DNA of 64,000 bases from an uncultured delta proteobacterium (GTDB lineage Bacteria; Desulfobacterota; Binatia; Binatales; Binataceae), in contig CAVQEQ010000004.1 in the NCBI GenBank assembly GCA_963711565.1, positions 256,001 to 320,000 of the forward strand. Reading direction: 5' to 3'. Shown one piece after another: positions 53,971-63,897 of this stretch. The first letter of the stretch is position 1; each line of letters opens with the position of its first letter. The notes beneath the pieces were generated by a model. It ran no database searches. It was not told the DNA's origin and saw only the letters and a program-made list of their open reading frames with translations. The translations under genes were made by a program, and so were the position numbers.

Positions 53971-54321
53971 TTGCCTGAAGGCCGAAGACCGGAACGCGTC
54001 GCCGAAGCTGTCTTGCGAGAGCTGTCGGGCCTGCTCGTGCGCGACCTGCGCGACCCACGCCTGCGCGGCATCACGCTCACGGGCGTCAGGATGGACGACG
54101 ACCTGCGCCACGGCCGCGTGTACTTCTCGCACCTGGAAGGCTCGATTCGCGCCTCCGCCGCAATCGCCGGCTTCAAAAGCGCCAGCGGCTTCATAAGACG
54201 CGAAATCGGCAAGTCGCTGGGCCTGAGATACACCCCAGAACTCGACTTCGAATTCGACCCCGCCCTCGAACGCGCCGCCCGCATCGACGCGCTGCTCAAG
54301 CAAACGTCACCGAAAGACTAA
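53971..54321 (+). CDS. rbfA: Ribosome-binding factor A
   Basis: RPERVAE, DPRL, GFIRRE, LRYTPEL.F.FD. Confidence 0.95.
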   Translation: MPEGRRPERVAEAVLRELSGLLVRDLRDPRLRGITLTGVRMDDDLRHGRVYFSHLEGSIRASAAIAGFKSASGFIRREIGKSLGLRYTPELDFEFDPALERAARIDALLKQTSPKD

Positions 54322-54526
54322 TTGAATGTGAAACCCACCGTGGGTTTCACGCTTCCCTGGGCACGGGTGACCCCTGCACCCAGTGAAAGAAATCGCGAAA
54401 TGTTGAGGACAACCTTTCGCTATCGGGTTCGAAGGAGACGGCGGGGAATTACCTCGCCCGTTACTTCACGGGAGAGGGGCCGGCGGGCGCAGCCGCCGGC
54501 AGGTGAGGGTTCCGCGATTCAAGATG
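54321..54526 (-). repeat. Composite five-hairpin element (modules A+B+C), left copy
   Basis: Reverse-complement match to 57574-57778 over ~200 bp; includes family A copy 5 (54321-54384). Confidence 0.9.
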
Positions 54527-54584
54527 AAAGTGAGCAACGTCGCTACTTGTCCCTGTCTAGTCTTTCCGTGTCGTTCCGTCTTTG

Positions 54585-54623
54585 TGTCATTCTAGAGCGA
54601 AAGCTGCTGTAGCGAAGAATCCC
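54585..54623 (+). repeat. Family D repeat
   Basis: tgtcattctagagcgaaagctgctgtagcgaagaatccc, nearly identical to the reverse complement of 34740-34777. Confidence 0.85.
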
Positions 54624-54727
54624 GGCTTTTTCCTGGCCTAAATACCGAGCACTTCCGCTGCGCCATCACTTCTCATTCAATCTGGAAAAACGGCGCCAGG
54701 ACCGTCCCCGATCTCCCGGGCCGTGAG

Positions 54728-55174
54728 TCAGCGCTTGCGTTTATCTGGATGCGGAAGGATGTCGCCCTCAACCCGGGGCAGATCGTCAGTCGTGTCGAAC
54801 CACGACAGCTTGCTCTCGATCCATTGATGAATCTGCGGACGGAGCCGCTCCGGCTCGTCAAACGTGCCGACTCTGATCGAGAAATACCTTCCGTTTTTCG
54901 CCAGCGGATGAGTTGGCGCGAGATACTCTCCGTACAATCCGGCGCCGCACTTGCCGCAGAAGTGACTCCGTCCCGTGGCCGAAGTCGGATAGATGGCCGG
55001 GACGCCATTCGTCAGCCGGAATCCATCGCCCGCAACTGCGGCGTTCAGCAGCACGGGAGCGCCGCTGCTCCGCCGACACCGACCGCAGTGACAATAGATG
55101 ACGTCGAAGACGCTATCGACTTCGTATCGGATCGATCCGCAGAGGCAGCCGCCACTGAATGGACCAACAATCAT
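54728..55174 (-). CDS. GFA (CENP-V) family protein
   Basis: GGCLCGSIRY, CHCGRCRR, FCGKCG. Confidence 0.9.
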   Translation of the reverse strand: MIVGPFSGGCLCGSIRYEVDSVFDVIYCHCGRCRRSSGAPVLLNAAVAGDGFRLTNGVPAIYPTSATGRSHFCGKCGAGLYGEYLAPTHPLAKNGRYFSIRVGTFDEPERLRPQIHQWIESKLSWFDTTDDLPRVEGDILPHPDKRKR

Positions 55175-55235
55175 CTTGGCTGATTCTAACGCCGGACAAC
55201 CGTTTCGCGCGAGAGCGCTTTTGCAAGCAGGGCAC

Positions 55236-56555
55236 TCACTTCGACAACATCCGCTCGCGATTCTCTGATTTCTCGCCGCGCTCCAGCAGCGGCTCGACAT
55301 CGCCCGTGATCAGTCGCGCGCCTCGATCGTTGCGGAGGTACATCCACGCCCATTCGACGATCACGATGAACCGGTTGCGGAATCCGATCAGAAAGAAAAT
55401 GTGCACGAACAACCACATCAGCCATGCGATCAGCCCGCTGAGATGCAGCCCCGCGATATCGGCGACGGCGGCCGCCTTGCCAATCGTCGCCAGCGTCCCC
55501 TTGTCGCGGTAATGAAACGGAATCGTCGGCTCGCCACGAATCTGCCGGAGGACGTTCTTCGCCGCATGCCGCCCTTCCTGCATGGCAGCCGGCGACAATC
55601 CCGGCACCGGCTTCCCGTCTGACTTGATCGACGCCAGATCGCCAATCACGAACACGCCGTCCGCGCCCGGCACCGACAGATCCTGATTCACGATCACGCG
55701 CCCCGCGCGATCGAGCCCAACGTCCGTAGTGGCTCCCAGAGCCTTCCCCAGCGGCGATGCGGCCACGCCCGCCGCCCAGATCACCGTGCGCGAGTCGAGT
55801 CGCATGCCGCCGTGCGTGACGCCGCGATCGTCCACCGCCGTCACCGGAGAGTCCGTGATCACCTCGACGCCCAGCCGCTCCAGTTGCCGCCGCGCGCTAA
55901 CCGACGATTGCAGGGACATTGCAGGCAGCACCTTCGGGCCCGCTTCGATTAGTACGATGCGCGCGTTGCTGGGATCGATTTTTCTAAAATCGCGCTCGAG
56001 CACGCGCCGCGAAATCTCCGCCAGCGCCCCCGCCATCTCGACCCCCGTCGGCCCGGCGCCGATTATCACGAACGTCATCCAGTTCGCGACTTCCGCCTCG
56101 TCAACTTCGCGCTCTGCCGCTTCGTACGCGACCAGCACGCGCCGCCGTATCTCGACCGCATCCTCGAGCGTCTTCAAACCCGGCGCGGGCTCGAGCCATT
56201 CGCCATGCCCGAAGTACGAATGCGTCGCGCCGCTCGCGACGATCAGGTAGTCGTACGCCACCTCGCCGTCGAATAGCTGCACGATCCTTCGCCGCGTATC
56301 GATAGACGACGCCTCGCCGAGCATCACGCTCGCATTGCGCTGGCGCCGCAGTATGCGTCGTATCGGCGACGCGATGTCGCTCGGATTCAGCGCCGCGGTC
56401 GCCACCTGGTAGAGCAGCGGTTGAAACAGATGATGGTTGCGGCGGTCGATCATCGTCAACCTGACCGGCGCGCGTTTGAGCTCCCGCGCCGCGGCGATTC
56501 CGCCGAATCCGCCGCCAATGATCACGACGTGCTTAACTGGAGCAACAGAATCCAT
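55236..56555 (-). CDS. ndh: Type II NADH dehydrogenase-like FAD oxidoreductase
   Basis: GGGFGG, HLFQPLLYQVAT, GAGPTGVEMAG, IWAAGV. Confidence 0.9.
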   Translation of the reverse strand: MDSVAPVKHVVIIGGGFGGIAAARELKRAPVRLTMIDRRNHHLFQPLLYQVATAALNPSDIASPIRRILRRQRNASVMLGEASSIDTRRRIVQLFDGEVAYDYLIVASGATHSYFGHGEWLEPAPGLKTLEDAVEIRRRVLVAYEAAEREVDEAEVANWMTFVIIGAGPTGVEMAGALAEISRRVLERDFRKIDPSNARIVLIEAGPKVLPAMSLQSSVSARRQLERLGVEVITDSPVTAVDDRGVTHGGMRLDSRTVIWAAGVAASPLGKALGATTDVGLDRAGRVIVNQDLSVPGADGVFVIGDLASIKSDGKPVPGLSPAAMQEGRHAAKNVLRQIRGEPTIPFHYRDKGTLATIGKAAAVADIAGLHLSGLIAWLMWLFVHIFFLIGFRNRFIVIVEWAWMYLRNDRGARLITGDVEPLLERGEKSENRERMLSK

Positions 56556-56575
56556 AACAGTGATCGTATCCGAAT

Positions 56576-56625
56576 ACCGGGTGCAGGGGTCACCCCTGCC
56601 GCGGGTCCGGGGCGCGCAGCCCCGC
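56576..56625 (+). repeat. Family A hairpin 1 joined to a different second hairpin, copy 6
   Basis: accgggtgcaggggtcacccctgccg followed by cggggc-gcgca-gccccg. Confidence 0.8.
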
Positions 56626-56652
56626 ATAACAATGTTAAGCTCGTATGGATCT

Positions 56653-57540
56653 ATGAACGCAGTTCTGTTGGTGGACAAGCCCGCCGGAATCTCGTCGGCG
56701 GAGGTCGTGCGCCGCGTCAAATCACGCGTCAAGCCGGCCCGCGTCGGACATCTCGGCACCCTCGATCCCTTCGCGACCGGGCTCTTGCCGATCATGATTG
56801 GCGAGGCGACCAAACTCGCACCGTTCATCGACGCCGGCGACAAGGAATACGCGGGCCTGATCCGGCTCGGCGTCGAGACCGACACGCTCGATCGCGACGG
56901 CGCCGAAGTCCACCGCGCCGAGGTGCCCGCAATCTCGGCCGATCAGCTCGCGATGGTCGCCGCGCAGTTCACCGGCGCTATCGAGCAGATTCCTCCCGTG
57001 TATTCCGCGATCAAGCGTGCCGGCGTGCCGCTCTACCGGCTCGCACGCCGGGGTGACGACGTTGCGCCGCCCGACAAGCGGAGCGTCGAGATCAAGCGCC
57101 TCGATCTCATCTGCGAAGCGCCCGACGCGATTCGGTTCGTCGCGACATGCTCGCCCGGCACCTACGCGCGTTCCCTTGCGCGCGACATCGGCGTCGCACT
57201 CGGCACAGTCGCACATCTCGACGCACTCCGCCGCACCCGCAACGGCGCCTTCTCGATTGGCGAGGCGATGCCGCTAAGCGATATTCTCGAGTCCCTCGAC
57301 TCGGGCGCGCCGCCGCTCCGCGTGATTAATCTTCGCGACGCACTCGTCGGCCTTCCGGAGGTGGTTGTCGATACCGCCGCGGAGAAACGCCTGCGCAACG
57401 GCGACTCGCGCGCGCTCGACTCTCAGGTTCCGAACGTCGGAGCGCTATTCAAGGTGATATCCAACAGCGGCGAACTGATAGCAGTCGCGCGGGCGACCTC
57501 CCGCGTGACGGCGATAGTCGAGCGAATTTTCAACCCGTAA
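56653..57540 (+). CDS. truB: tRNA pseudouridine(55) synthase
   Basis: DKPAG, GHLGTLDPFATG, PPVYSAIK, GTYARS. Confidence 0.96.
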   Translation: MNAVLLVDKPAGISSAEVVRRVKSRVKPARVGHLGTLDPFATGLLPIMIGEATKLAPFIDAGDKEYAGLIRLGVETDTLDRDGAEVHRAEVPAISADQLAMVAAQFTGAIEQIPPVYSAIKRAGVPLYRLARRGDDVAPPDKRSVEIKRLDLICEAPDAIRFVATCSPGTYARSLARDIGVALGTVAHLDALRRTRNGAFSIGEAMPLSDILESLDSGAPPLRVINLRDALVGLPEVVVDTAAEKRLRNGDSRALDSQVPNVGALFKVISNSGELIAVARATSRVTAIVERIFNP

Positions 57541-57573
57541 GCGGATTCGTGGATCGCGACCTGGCGGGGTGTG

Positions 57574-57778
57574 CATCTTGAACCGCAGAACCCTTACCGC
57601 TGGCCGCCGTCGCGGCCAGCCGCCTCTCCCGTAAGAAATAACGGGCGAGGTAATTTCCCTCCGCCGCCTCACCCTGAACCTGAGAGCGAAATGTCGTCCT
57701 CGACATTTCGCGATTTCTTCTCACCGGGTGCAGGGGTCACCCCTGCCCAGGGAAGCATGAAACCCACGGTGGGTTTCA
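57574..57778 (+). repeat. Composite five-hairpin element (modules C+B+A), right copy
   Basis: Inverted relative to 54329-54526; includes family A copy 7 (57723-57778). Confidence 0.9.
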
Positions 57779-57881
57779 TTACGATAACGTTCCTCCTTTT
57801 TCCGTTAGCTTTACTCCCCCCTCCGGCTCTGTTAGGTTGGTCGGCTAAAGATAAAGGAAAAAGGGAAAGTAAGAACTCCGA

Positions 57882-58151
57882 ATGCCTCTTCCATCAGCCC
57901 GTAAGCGGGAAGTCATCCAAGCCAACGCTCGAACCACCAATGACAGTGGCTCGCCTGAAGTTCAGGTCGCGCTACTTTCGGCCCGGATCGACCAGTTGAC
58001 CGAGCATCTCGCGGCGCACAAGAAGGATCATCACACGCGCCGTGGTCTGTTGCGATTGGTCGGCAAGCGTCGTCGGCTGCTTGATTACCTGCATTCGCGC
58101 GATTTCTCGCGCTACAAAGGGCTGATCGACAAGCTGGGCATCCGGAGATAG
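57882..58151 (+). CDS. rpsO: 30S ribosomal protein S15
   Basis: [26 protein letters not shown]. Confidence 0.98.
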   Translation: MPLPSARKREVIQANARTTNDSGSPEVQVALLSARIDQLTEHLAAHKKDHHTRRGLLRLVGKRRRLLDYLHSRDFSRYKGLIDKLGIRR

Positions 58152-58308
58152 GCCGCACATATTCTGCCGCGCCGCCCTCAACACATCGGGCGCGCGGGCC
58201 TTGGCTGCCATCTGGCAGGAAACAAGGCGCGTCCCCTGTGACGCCTCGCGGGCAATCGAAAAACCGCAATCGTCGCGCGGCCTCAGATCCTCCCTCAGGT
58301 AATCGCTA

Positions 58309-60402
58309 ATGTACGAAAAACTCGAAATTGATTTCGCGGGGCGCAAGCTCTCGCTCGAAACCGGCCGCCTCGCCAAGCAGGCGCATGGCAGCGTGCTCGC
58401 GACTTACGGCGACACTGTCGTCCTCGCGACCGCGGTCTCCCAGTATGAAGCCCGGCCCAACATGGACTTCCTGCCACTCACAGTGGACTACGTCGAGAAG
58501 ACGTTCGCCGCCGGCAAGATTCCCGGCGGCTTTTTCAAGCGCGAAGGGCGCGCCTCCGAAAAGGAAATTCTTACCTCGCGCCTGATCGACCGCGCGATGC
58601 GCCCGTTGTTTCCCAAGGGCTACGATCGCGAAACCCAAATTATCACGACCGTCCTCTCCGCCGATCGCGACAACGATTCCGACATGCTCTCGCTCATCGC
58701 CACGTCGGCCGCCCTGATGGTCTCCGACATCCCGCACAAGGGCCCGGTGGCTTCGGTCAGGATGGGCCGCGTCGAGGGTAAAATCGTCGTCAATCCAACT
58801 TTCACCGAGCTCGAGGGCAGCGATGTGTCGCTGGTCGTCGCCGCCAGTCCTGAGTCGATCATGATGCTCGAGGGCGGCGCGCAGATTGTTGACGAAGAGG
58901 TCATACTCGAAGCGCTGTTTGCGGCGCATGAGGCGATGCAGCCGATATTCGCGATGCAGGAAGAGCTGCAACGCCGCGCGGGCAAGCCCAAGCGCGAGTT
59001 CGCGGTCAAGGAACGCGATGCCGCATTGTTGAAGGCGGTCGAAAAGAGCATCGGCGACGGAATCGAAAAAGCGCTCGCCACCAAGGGCAAGAAAGAGCGC
59101 GCCGCTGCGGTCTATGCGGTCAGCGACAAAGTGGTCGCAGATCTCGCCGAGAAGTTCCCCGACCGCGCCAAGGAAATCATCGACGCCTGCGACTACCTCG
59201 TCCGCACGCGCGTCCGCCTCGCGATTCTCGACGACGACAAGCGCATCGACGATCGCAAGTCCACCGACATCCGGCCGATCAGCGCCGACGTGCAGGTGCT
59301 CCCGCGCACACACGGCTCCGCGGTCTTCACCCGCGGCGAGACCCAGGCGCTCGCGACCGTCACGCTCGGCACGTCCTCCGATGAACAGAAGATCGACGCG
59401 CTGCTCGGCGAGCGCTTCAAGAAATTCCTGCTGCACTATAACTTTCCGCCATTCTCGACCGGCGAGGTGAAGTTCCTGCGCGCGCCGTCGCGGCGCGAAA
59501 TCGGTCACGGCGCACTCGCCGAACGCGCACTGTCTCCGATACTGCCCGACGAAGCCGACTTCCCGTACACGATTCGCGTCGTGTCCGACGTGCTCGAATC
59601 CAACGGCAGCTCCTCGATGGCCACCGTATGCGGTGGCAGCCTCGCGCTGATGGATGCGGGCGTGCCGACCAAGGCGCCGGTCGCGGGCATCGCGATGGGC
59701 CTGGTGAAGGAGGGCGACAAGGTCCGCGTGCTCACCGACATCCTCGGCGACGAGGACCATCTCGGCGACATGGACTTCAAGGTCGCCGGCACCAAGTCCG
59801 GCGTCACCGCGATCCAGATGGACAACAAGGCGGGCGGCGTGTCGAAGGACATAATGCGCCAGGCGCTGCATCAGGCGCGCGACGCGCGGCTGCACATTCT
59901 TGGCATCATGGAAAAAGCGCTGCCCACTGCGCGCAAGGACGTCTCCAGCTACGCGCCGCGAATCGTCACCCTGCACATCAAGCCCGACAAGATTCGCGAA
60001 GTGATCGGCCCGGGCGGCAAAGTCATCCGCGGACTGGTCGAGCAGACCGGCTGTAAGATCGATATCGAGGACGACGGCACGGTGCTGATAGCGTCGGCGG
60101 ACGGGACCGCGATGGAAAAAGCGATCAGCATGATCCAGGCGATCACCGCCGAGCCCGAAGTCGGCAAAATCTACGACGGCGTGGTCCGCAAGATCGTCGA
60201 GTTCGGCGCCTTCGTCGAGATAATGCCGGGCACCGATGGCCTCCTGCACATCTCGCAAATCTCGAACGAGCGCATCCGCCGGGTCGAAGACGTGCTGCAC
60301 GAAGGCGACGAGATCAAAGTGAAAGTGCTCGACGTCGATCGCAGCGGCAAAATCCGGCTCTCGATGCGCGAGGCCGAGCAGGAACCCAACAAGGGAAATT
60401 AG
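58309..60402 (+). CDS. pnp: Polyribonucleotide nucleotidyltransferase
   Basis: GKIPGGFFKREG, RREIGHG, GDMDFKVAG, KH and S1 domains. Confidence 0.98.
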   Translation: MYEKLEIDFAGRKLSLETGRLAKQAHGSVLATYGDTVVLATAVSQYEARPNMDFLPLTVDYVEKTFAAGKIPGGFFKREGRASEKEILTSRLIDRAMRPLFPKGYDRETQIITTVLSADRDNDSDMLSLIATSAALMVSDIPHKGPVASVRMGRVEGKIVVNPTFTELEGSDVSLVVAASPESIMMLEGGAQIVDEEVILEALFAAHEAMQPIFAMQEELQRRAGKPKREFAVKERDAALLKAVEKSIGDGIEKALATKGKKERAAAVYAVSDKVVADLAEKFPDRAKEIIDACDYLVRTRVRLAILDDDKRIDDRKSTDIRPISADVQVLPRTHGSAVFTRGETQALATVTLGTSSDEQKIDALLGERFKKFLLHYNFPPFSTGEVKFLRAPSRREIGHGALAERALSPILPDEADFPYTIRVVSDVLESNGSSSMATVCGGSLALMDAGVPTKAPVAGIAMGLVKEGDKVRVLTDILGDEDHLGDMDFKVAGTKSGVTAIQMDNKAGGVSKDIMRQALHQARDARLHILGIMEKALPTARKDVSSYAPRIVTLHIKPDKIREVIGPGGKVIRGLVEQTGCKIDIEDDGTVLIASADGTAMEKAISMIQAITAEPEVGKIYDGVVRKIVEFGAFVEIMPGTDGLLHISQISNERIRRVEDVLHEGDEIKVKVLDVDRSGKIRLSMREAEQEPNKGN

Positions 60403-60409
60403 TCGGCTG

Positions 60410-61672
60410 ATGATTCAAAAGAGTGTTATCGGAAACGGCGTGCGCATTCTCACCGAGGCGATGCCGCAGGTCGTTTCCTCGTCTATCGGCATCTGGGTCG
60501 AGAACGGCTCGCGCTACGAGGAGCCGGCCGAAAACGGCACCTCGCACTTCATCGAGCACCTGCTGTTCAAGGGCACGAAGAAGCGCACCGCCGCGCAAAT
60601 CGCCGAGGCCTTCGACGCCGTCGGCGGCGTGCTCAACGCCTTCACCGGCAAGGAGTACACCTGCTACTACGCCAAGGTGCTCGGCAAGGACCTCGAGATG
60701 GCGACGGAGGTGCTCGCGGATATTTTCCTCGAATCGACCTTCGATTCCGAGGAGATAGAGCGCGAGCGCCAGGTCGTCCTGCAGGAAATCTCGCAGGCAG
60801 AGGACACGCCCGACGATTTCATCCACGACCTCTTCAACGAAGAATTCTGGAAGGGTCATCCGCTCGCGCTGCCGATTTTCGGCTCGGTCGCGACGGTAAA
60901 TAAAATTGACCGCGAGCAGTTGATCTCGTTCATGGCGGCGCGCTACCGCTCCAGCCGCGTCTTCATCGCCGCCGCCGGCCAGGTCGAGCACGAACGCCTA
61001 ACTGCGAAATGCGCCGGGCTGTTCGGCGGCGTCGCGGGCGACGGCAAGGTCGAAAAATTCACGCCGCCAATCGACCATCCTCTGGTGCTGACGCGCGAGA
61101 AGAAACTCGAGCAGGCCCACATCTGCATCGGCGGTCCCGGCATCAGCCAATCGCATCGCTTGCGCTACGCGGCCTACGTGCTCAACACCGCACTCGGCGG
61201 TGGGATGTCCTCGCGGCTGTTCCAGGAAGTCCGCGAGAAGCGGGGCCGCGTTTACAGCATCTACTCGTTCATTTCGTCGTTCATCGACTCCGGATACTTC
61301 GGCGTCTACGCCGGCACCAATCCGGAATGGGTCGACGAAGTCCTCGAAGTAACAGTCGCCGAACTCCGCAAGGTAGAGCTCAACGGCCTCGAACCGGCCG
61401 AACTCGCGCGCGCAAAAAGCCAGCTCCAGGGCAACATGCTACTGGGAATGGAATCGACCGACAGCCGCATGAACCGCCTCGCCCGCAACGAAATCTATTT
61501 CCGCCGCGACGTCCCGCTGGACGAGCTCTCAGACGGAATCGAAGCCGTAACCAACGACAACATCGTCGAGCTGGCATCAACCTGCTTCCAACCCGACAAG
61601 CTGGCGATGGTCCTCCTCGGCGATCTAAAAGGCCGAAAAATCACCCGCGAAGTCTTCGCGCCGCTAGCGTAA
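60410..61672 (+). CDS. M16 (pitrilysin-family) zinc peptidase
   Basis: HFIEH motif, NAFT, GGGMSSRLFQEVRE. Confidence 0.93.
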   Translation: MIQKSVIGNGVRILTEAMPQVVSSSIGIWVENGSRYEEPAENGTSHFIEHLLFKGTKKRTAAQIAEAFDAVGGVLNAFTGKEYTCYYAKVLGKDLEMATEVLADIFLESTFDSEEIERERQVVLQEISQAEDTPDDFIHDLFNEEFWKGHPLALPIFGSVATVNKIDREQLISFMAARYRSSRVFIAAAGQVEHERLTAKCAGLFGGVAGDGKVEKFTPPIDHPLVLTREKKLEQAHICIGGPGISQSHRLRYAAYVLNTALGGGMSSRLFQEVREKRGRVYSIYSFISSFIDSGYFGVYAGTNPEWVDEVLEVTVAELRKVELNGLEPAELARAKSQLQGNMLLGMESTDSRMNRLARNEIYFRRDVPLDELSDGIEAVTNDNIVELASTCFQPDKLAMVLLGDLKGRKITREVFAPLA

Positions 61673-61688
61673 TTGCGACTCTTACCTC

Positions 61689-61816
61689 TTACCTCGCCCA
61701 TTTACGGGAGAGGCGGCCGGCGGGCGCAGCCGCCGGTAGGTGAGGGTTCCGCGGCTCAAGTAGATAGCATGCGCACGCAGTCTTTGTGTCATTCAGAGCG
61801 AAGCGAAGAATCCCGG
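61689..61816 (+). repeat. Composite repeat, modules C+D
   Basis: ttacctcgccc..cgggagagg..gccggcgggcgcagccgccgg.aggtgagggttccgcg (as at 54449) then gtctttgtgtcattc.gagcg..gaagaatcccgg (as at 54578). Confidence 0.88.
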
Positions 61817-61848
61817 ATCTTCTTGGCCGTGCTGGCGACCCCAGCCAT

Positions 61849-63258
61849 TCACGAAGCGCTCGCCCGCCAACTGCCATGAAATCCCACCGGCACCGGATGG
61901 TCGAGATGCGCCCGCGCAATCGGTCCACGCTCAATCTCCTCCGCATCGAAAATTGCGAGATGACTCGCGTTCCGATCCTCGTCGAAAATGTTCGTCAGCA
62001 AATATCCTTCGCCTTCGCCTGATCCTTCCCGCTTGGCCACGAACACCGGTTCCGCCACCGCAAAGCGCGCACCCGCCGCATAGATGTGCATTTCGCTGGT
62101 CGCATGATCGAAATGCCCGATGCCTCGATGAAAAATGTCGTCGCTGCCCGGACCGCCGATGCACGTCACAAAGCCATGCCGATAACTCAGACCCGTGCGC
62201 CGCTCGTCGATGCGCGGATACTCACATCGCTCGTCGCTCAGCCTTTCTACGGCGAAGCTGCCCGGCCTCGCCCAATTGAATTCCCAGCGCGTCAGGTACT
62301 GCGTCGCGCGCCGATGGTCAGTTGGCGTCCCGTCCGCAAGCGGAAACAACGGGACCTCCTGCTGGCAAACGTCCGCGACAATTCTGTCGCCCTCGTTGAA
62401 CGCATTCATAAGATGCCAGACCATGCAGGCGTCGCCCTCAAACCAGCGGACATCTTCCGCACCTCCGTTCCTCGGCATGATTCCGACGTGAGTGCCTTTC
62501 TCCGGCTCCCACGCGATTAGCGGCGCGCCGGCCATCGCCGGCTTGATCGACACCGTCACCGGGCACATCGCGAAGATCACAAAATTCGCCGTCACTGCAA
62601 AATCATGTACCAGCGCCGGGAACGGCCCGTGGATCATTTGCGATCGAACGATCTCGCCAGATGCGTTCGCGACGTAAAGCTCGATATCGCCGGTGATTCG
62701 CCCGGTCGGAAAGTTCGCGAAGAAGATCATCTCACCCGAGTGCGGATCGATCTTTGGATGAGCCGTCATGTTGCGCGGCAGCTTGTTGTTGAACGACCAG
62801 CGACCGATCGTTTCGAGCGACGCGGGATCCAGTTCGATCGGTCCGTGTCCTTCTTCCAGCGCCAACAGCTTGTTCGCATGCCACACGATGTTCGTATTCG
62901 CGACGCCGTCCGTTTGCATTCCAGCGACACTCGAATCCGAATCCGACGGAACGCCCGAAGTGCCGAACAGCGCTCGGCCCGCCGCGTGCTCGAGATTCCA
63001 CTGCTGCGTGCGCACCCAACGGTTGCGGTATGAGACCTTGCCCGCGCGCACGCGGAACGCATGCACCATTCCGTCCCCGTTCAGCGGGTTGTAGTTTCCG
63101 CGCGGCGCAAACTGCGGATTAGGTCCGATGCGATAGAAGGTGCCGTTGAGCTCCGCCGGAACCACGCCCTCAATCCTCAAATCCGCGCAGTCGCATTCCA
63201 TGCGAATTGGCTCAAACCCTTTCGACAAATAAGGATCGTTCGAAATCGCGCTCGCCAT
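61849..63258 (-). CDS. Carotenoid oxygenase / lignostilbene dioxygenase family protein
   Basis: GPNP, GDGM, four iron-ligand His (TAHPK, VHDF, WHLMNA, GFHG), EYPRID, EPVFV. Confidence 0.93.
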   Translation of the reverse strand: MASAISNDPYLSKGFEPIRMECDCADLRIEGVVPAELNGTFYRIGPNPQFAPRGNYNPLNGDGMVHAFRVRAGKVSYRNRWVRTQQWNLEHAAGRALFGTSGVPSDSDSSVAGMQTDGVANTNIVWHANKLLALEEGHGPIELDPASLETIGRWSFNNKLPRNMTAHPKIDPHSGEMIFFANFPTGRITGDIELYVANASGEIVRSQMIHGPFPALVHDFAVTANFVIFAMCPVTVSIKPAMAGAPLIAWEPEKGTHVGIMPRNGGAEDVRWFEGDACMVWHLMNAFNEGDRIVADVCQQEVPLFPLADGTPTDHRRATQYLTRWEFNWARPGSFAVERLSDERCEYPRIDERRTGLSYRHGFVTCIGGPGSDDIFHRGIGHFDHATSEMHIYAAGARFAVAEPVFVAKREGSGEGEGYLLTNIFDEDRNASHLAIFDAEEIERGPIARAHLDHPVPVGFHGSWRASAS

Positions 63259-63453
63259 TTTCCGCCTCCACCTCGTTCGCTAACAGGCGGCGCGCGCCGC
63301 TCGCAACGCAGAAGCCCCCTTGATTTTCATTTTTGATTGCTCCGCAGCCACTCGGCTGAATAAATCTTTTCTGTCAATACCTTGGAGACGCCTTCGCGTA
63401 GTCATATCCGTGCGAGGCTTGCCATCGCCCACTCAATTCGCGAGATTGCAACG

Positions 63454-63897
63454 ATGCGACCGACAGTGAAAATTGCGCGCCTTCGGAAAAGCGCACTGCC
63501 GCTCCCCGCCTATCAGAGCGAGCACGCCGCCGGCCTCGATCTGATGGCCGACATCGCTGCCCCAATCGAGATGGCGCCGCGCGAGCGGCGCGCCGTTCCC
63601 ACCGGCATCGCCGTCGAGATTCCGGTCGGTTACGAAGGGCAGGTGCGGCCCCGCAGCGGCCGCGCACTGAAAGAAGGGCTCGCGCTCATCAACTCGCCCG
63701 GAACTATCGACGCCGACTATCGTGGAGAAGTTAAAGTATTACTTGTGAATTTGGGCGAGCAGCCGCTCGTGATTAAACCCGGCGATCGCATCGCCCAGCT
63801 CATCATCGCGCCCGTCAGTCGCGCCGATATCGTCGAGGTCGATGAGCTCGCGCGAACCTCGCGCGGCCCGGGCGGCTTCGGACACACCGGCCGCTGA
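63454..63897 (+). CDS. dut: dUTP diphosphatase
   Basis: [36 protein letters not shown]. Confidence 0.97.
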   Translation: MRPTVKIARLRKSALPLPAYQSEHAAGLDLMADIAAPIEMAPRERRAVPTGIAVEIPVGYEGQVRPRSGRALKEGLALINSPGTIDADYRGEVKVLLVNLGEQPLVIKPGDRIAQLIIAPVSRADIVEVDELARTSRGPGGFGHTGR

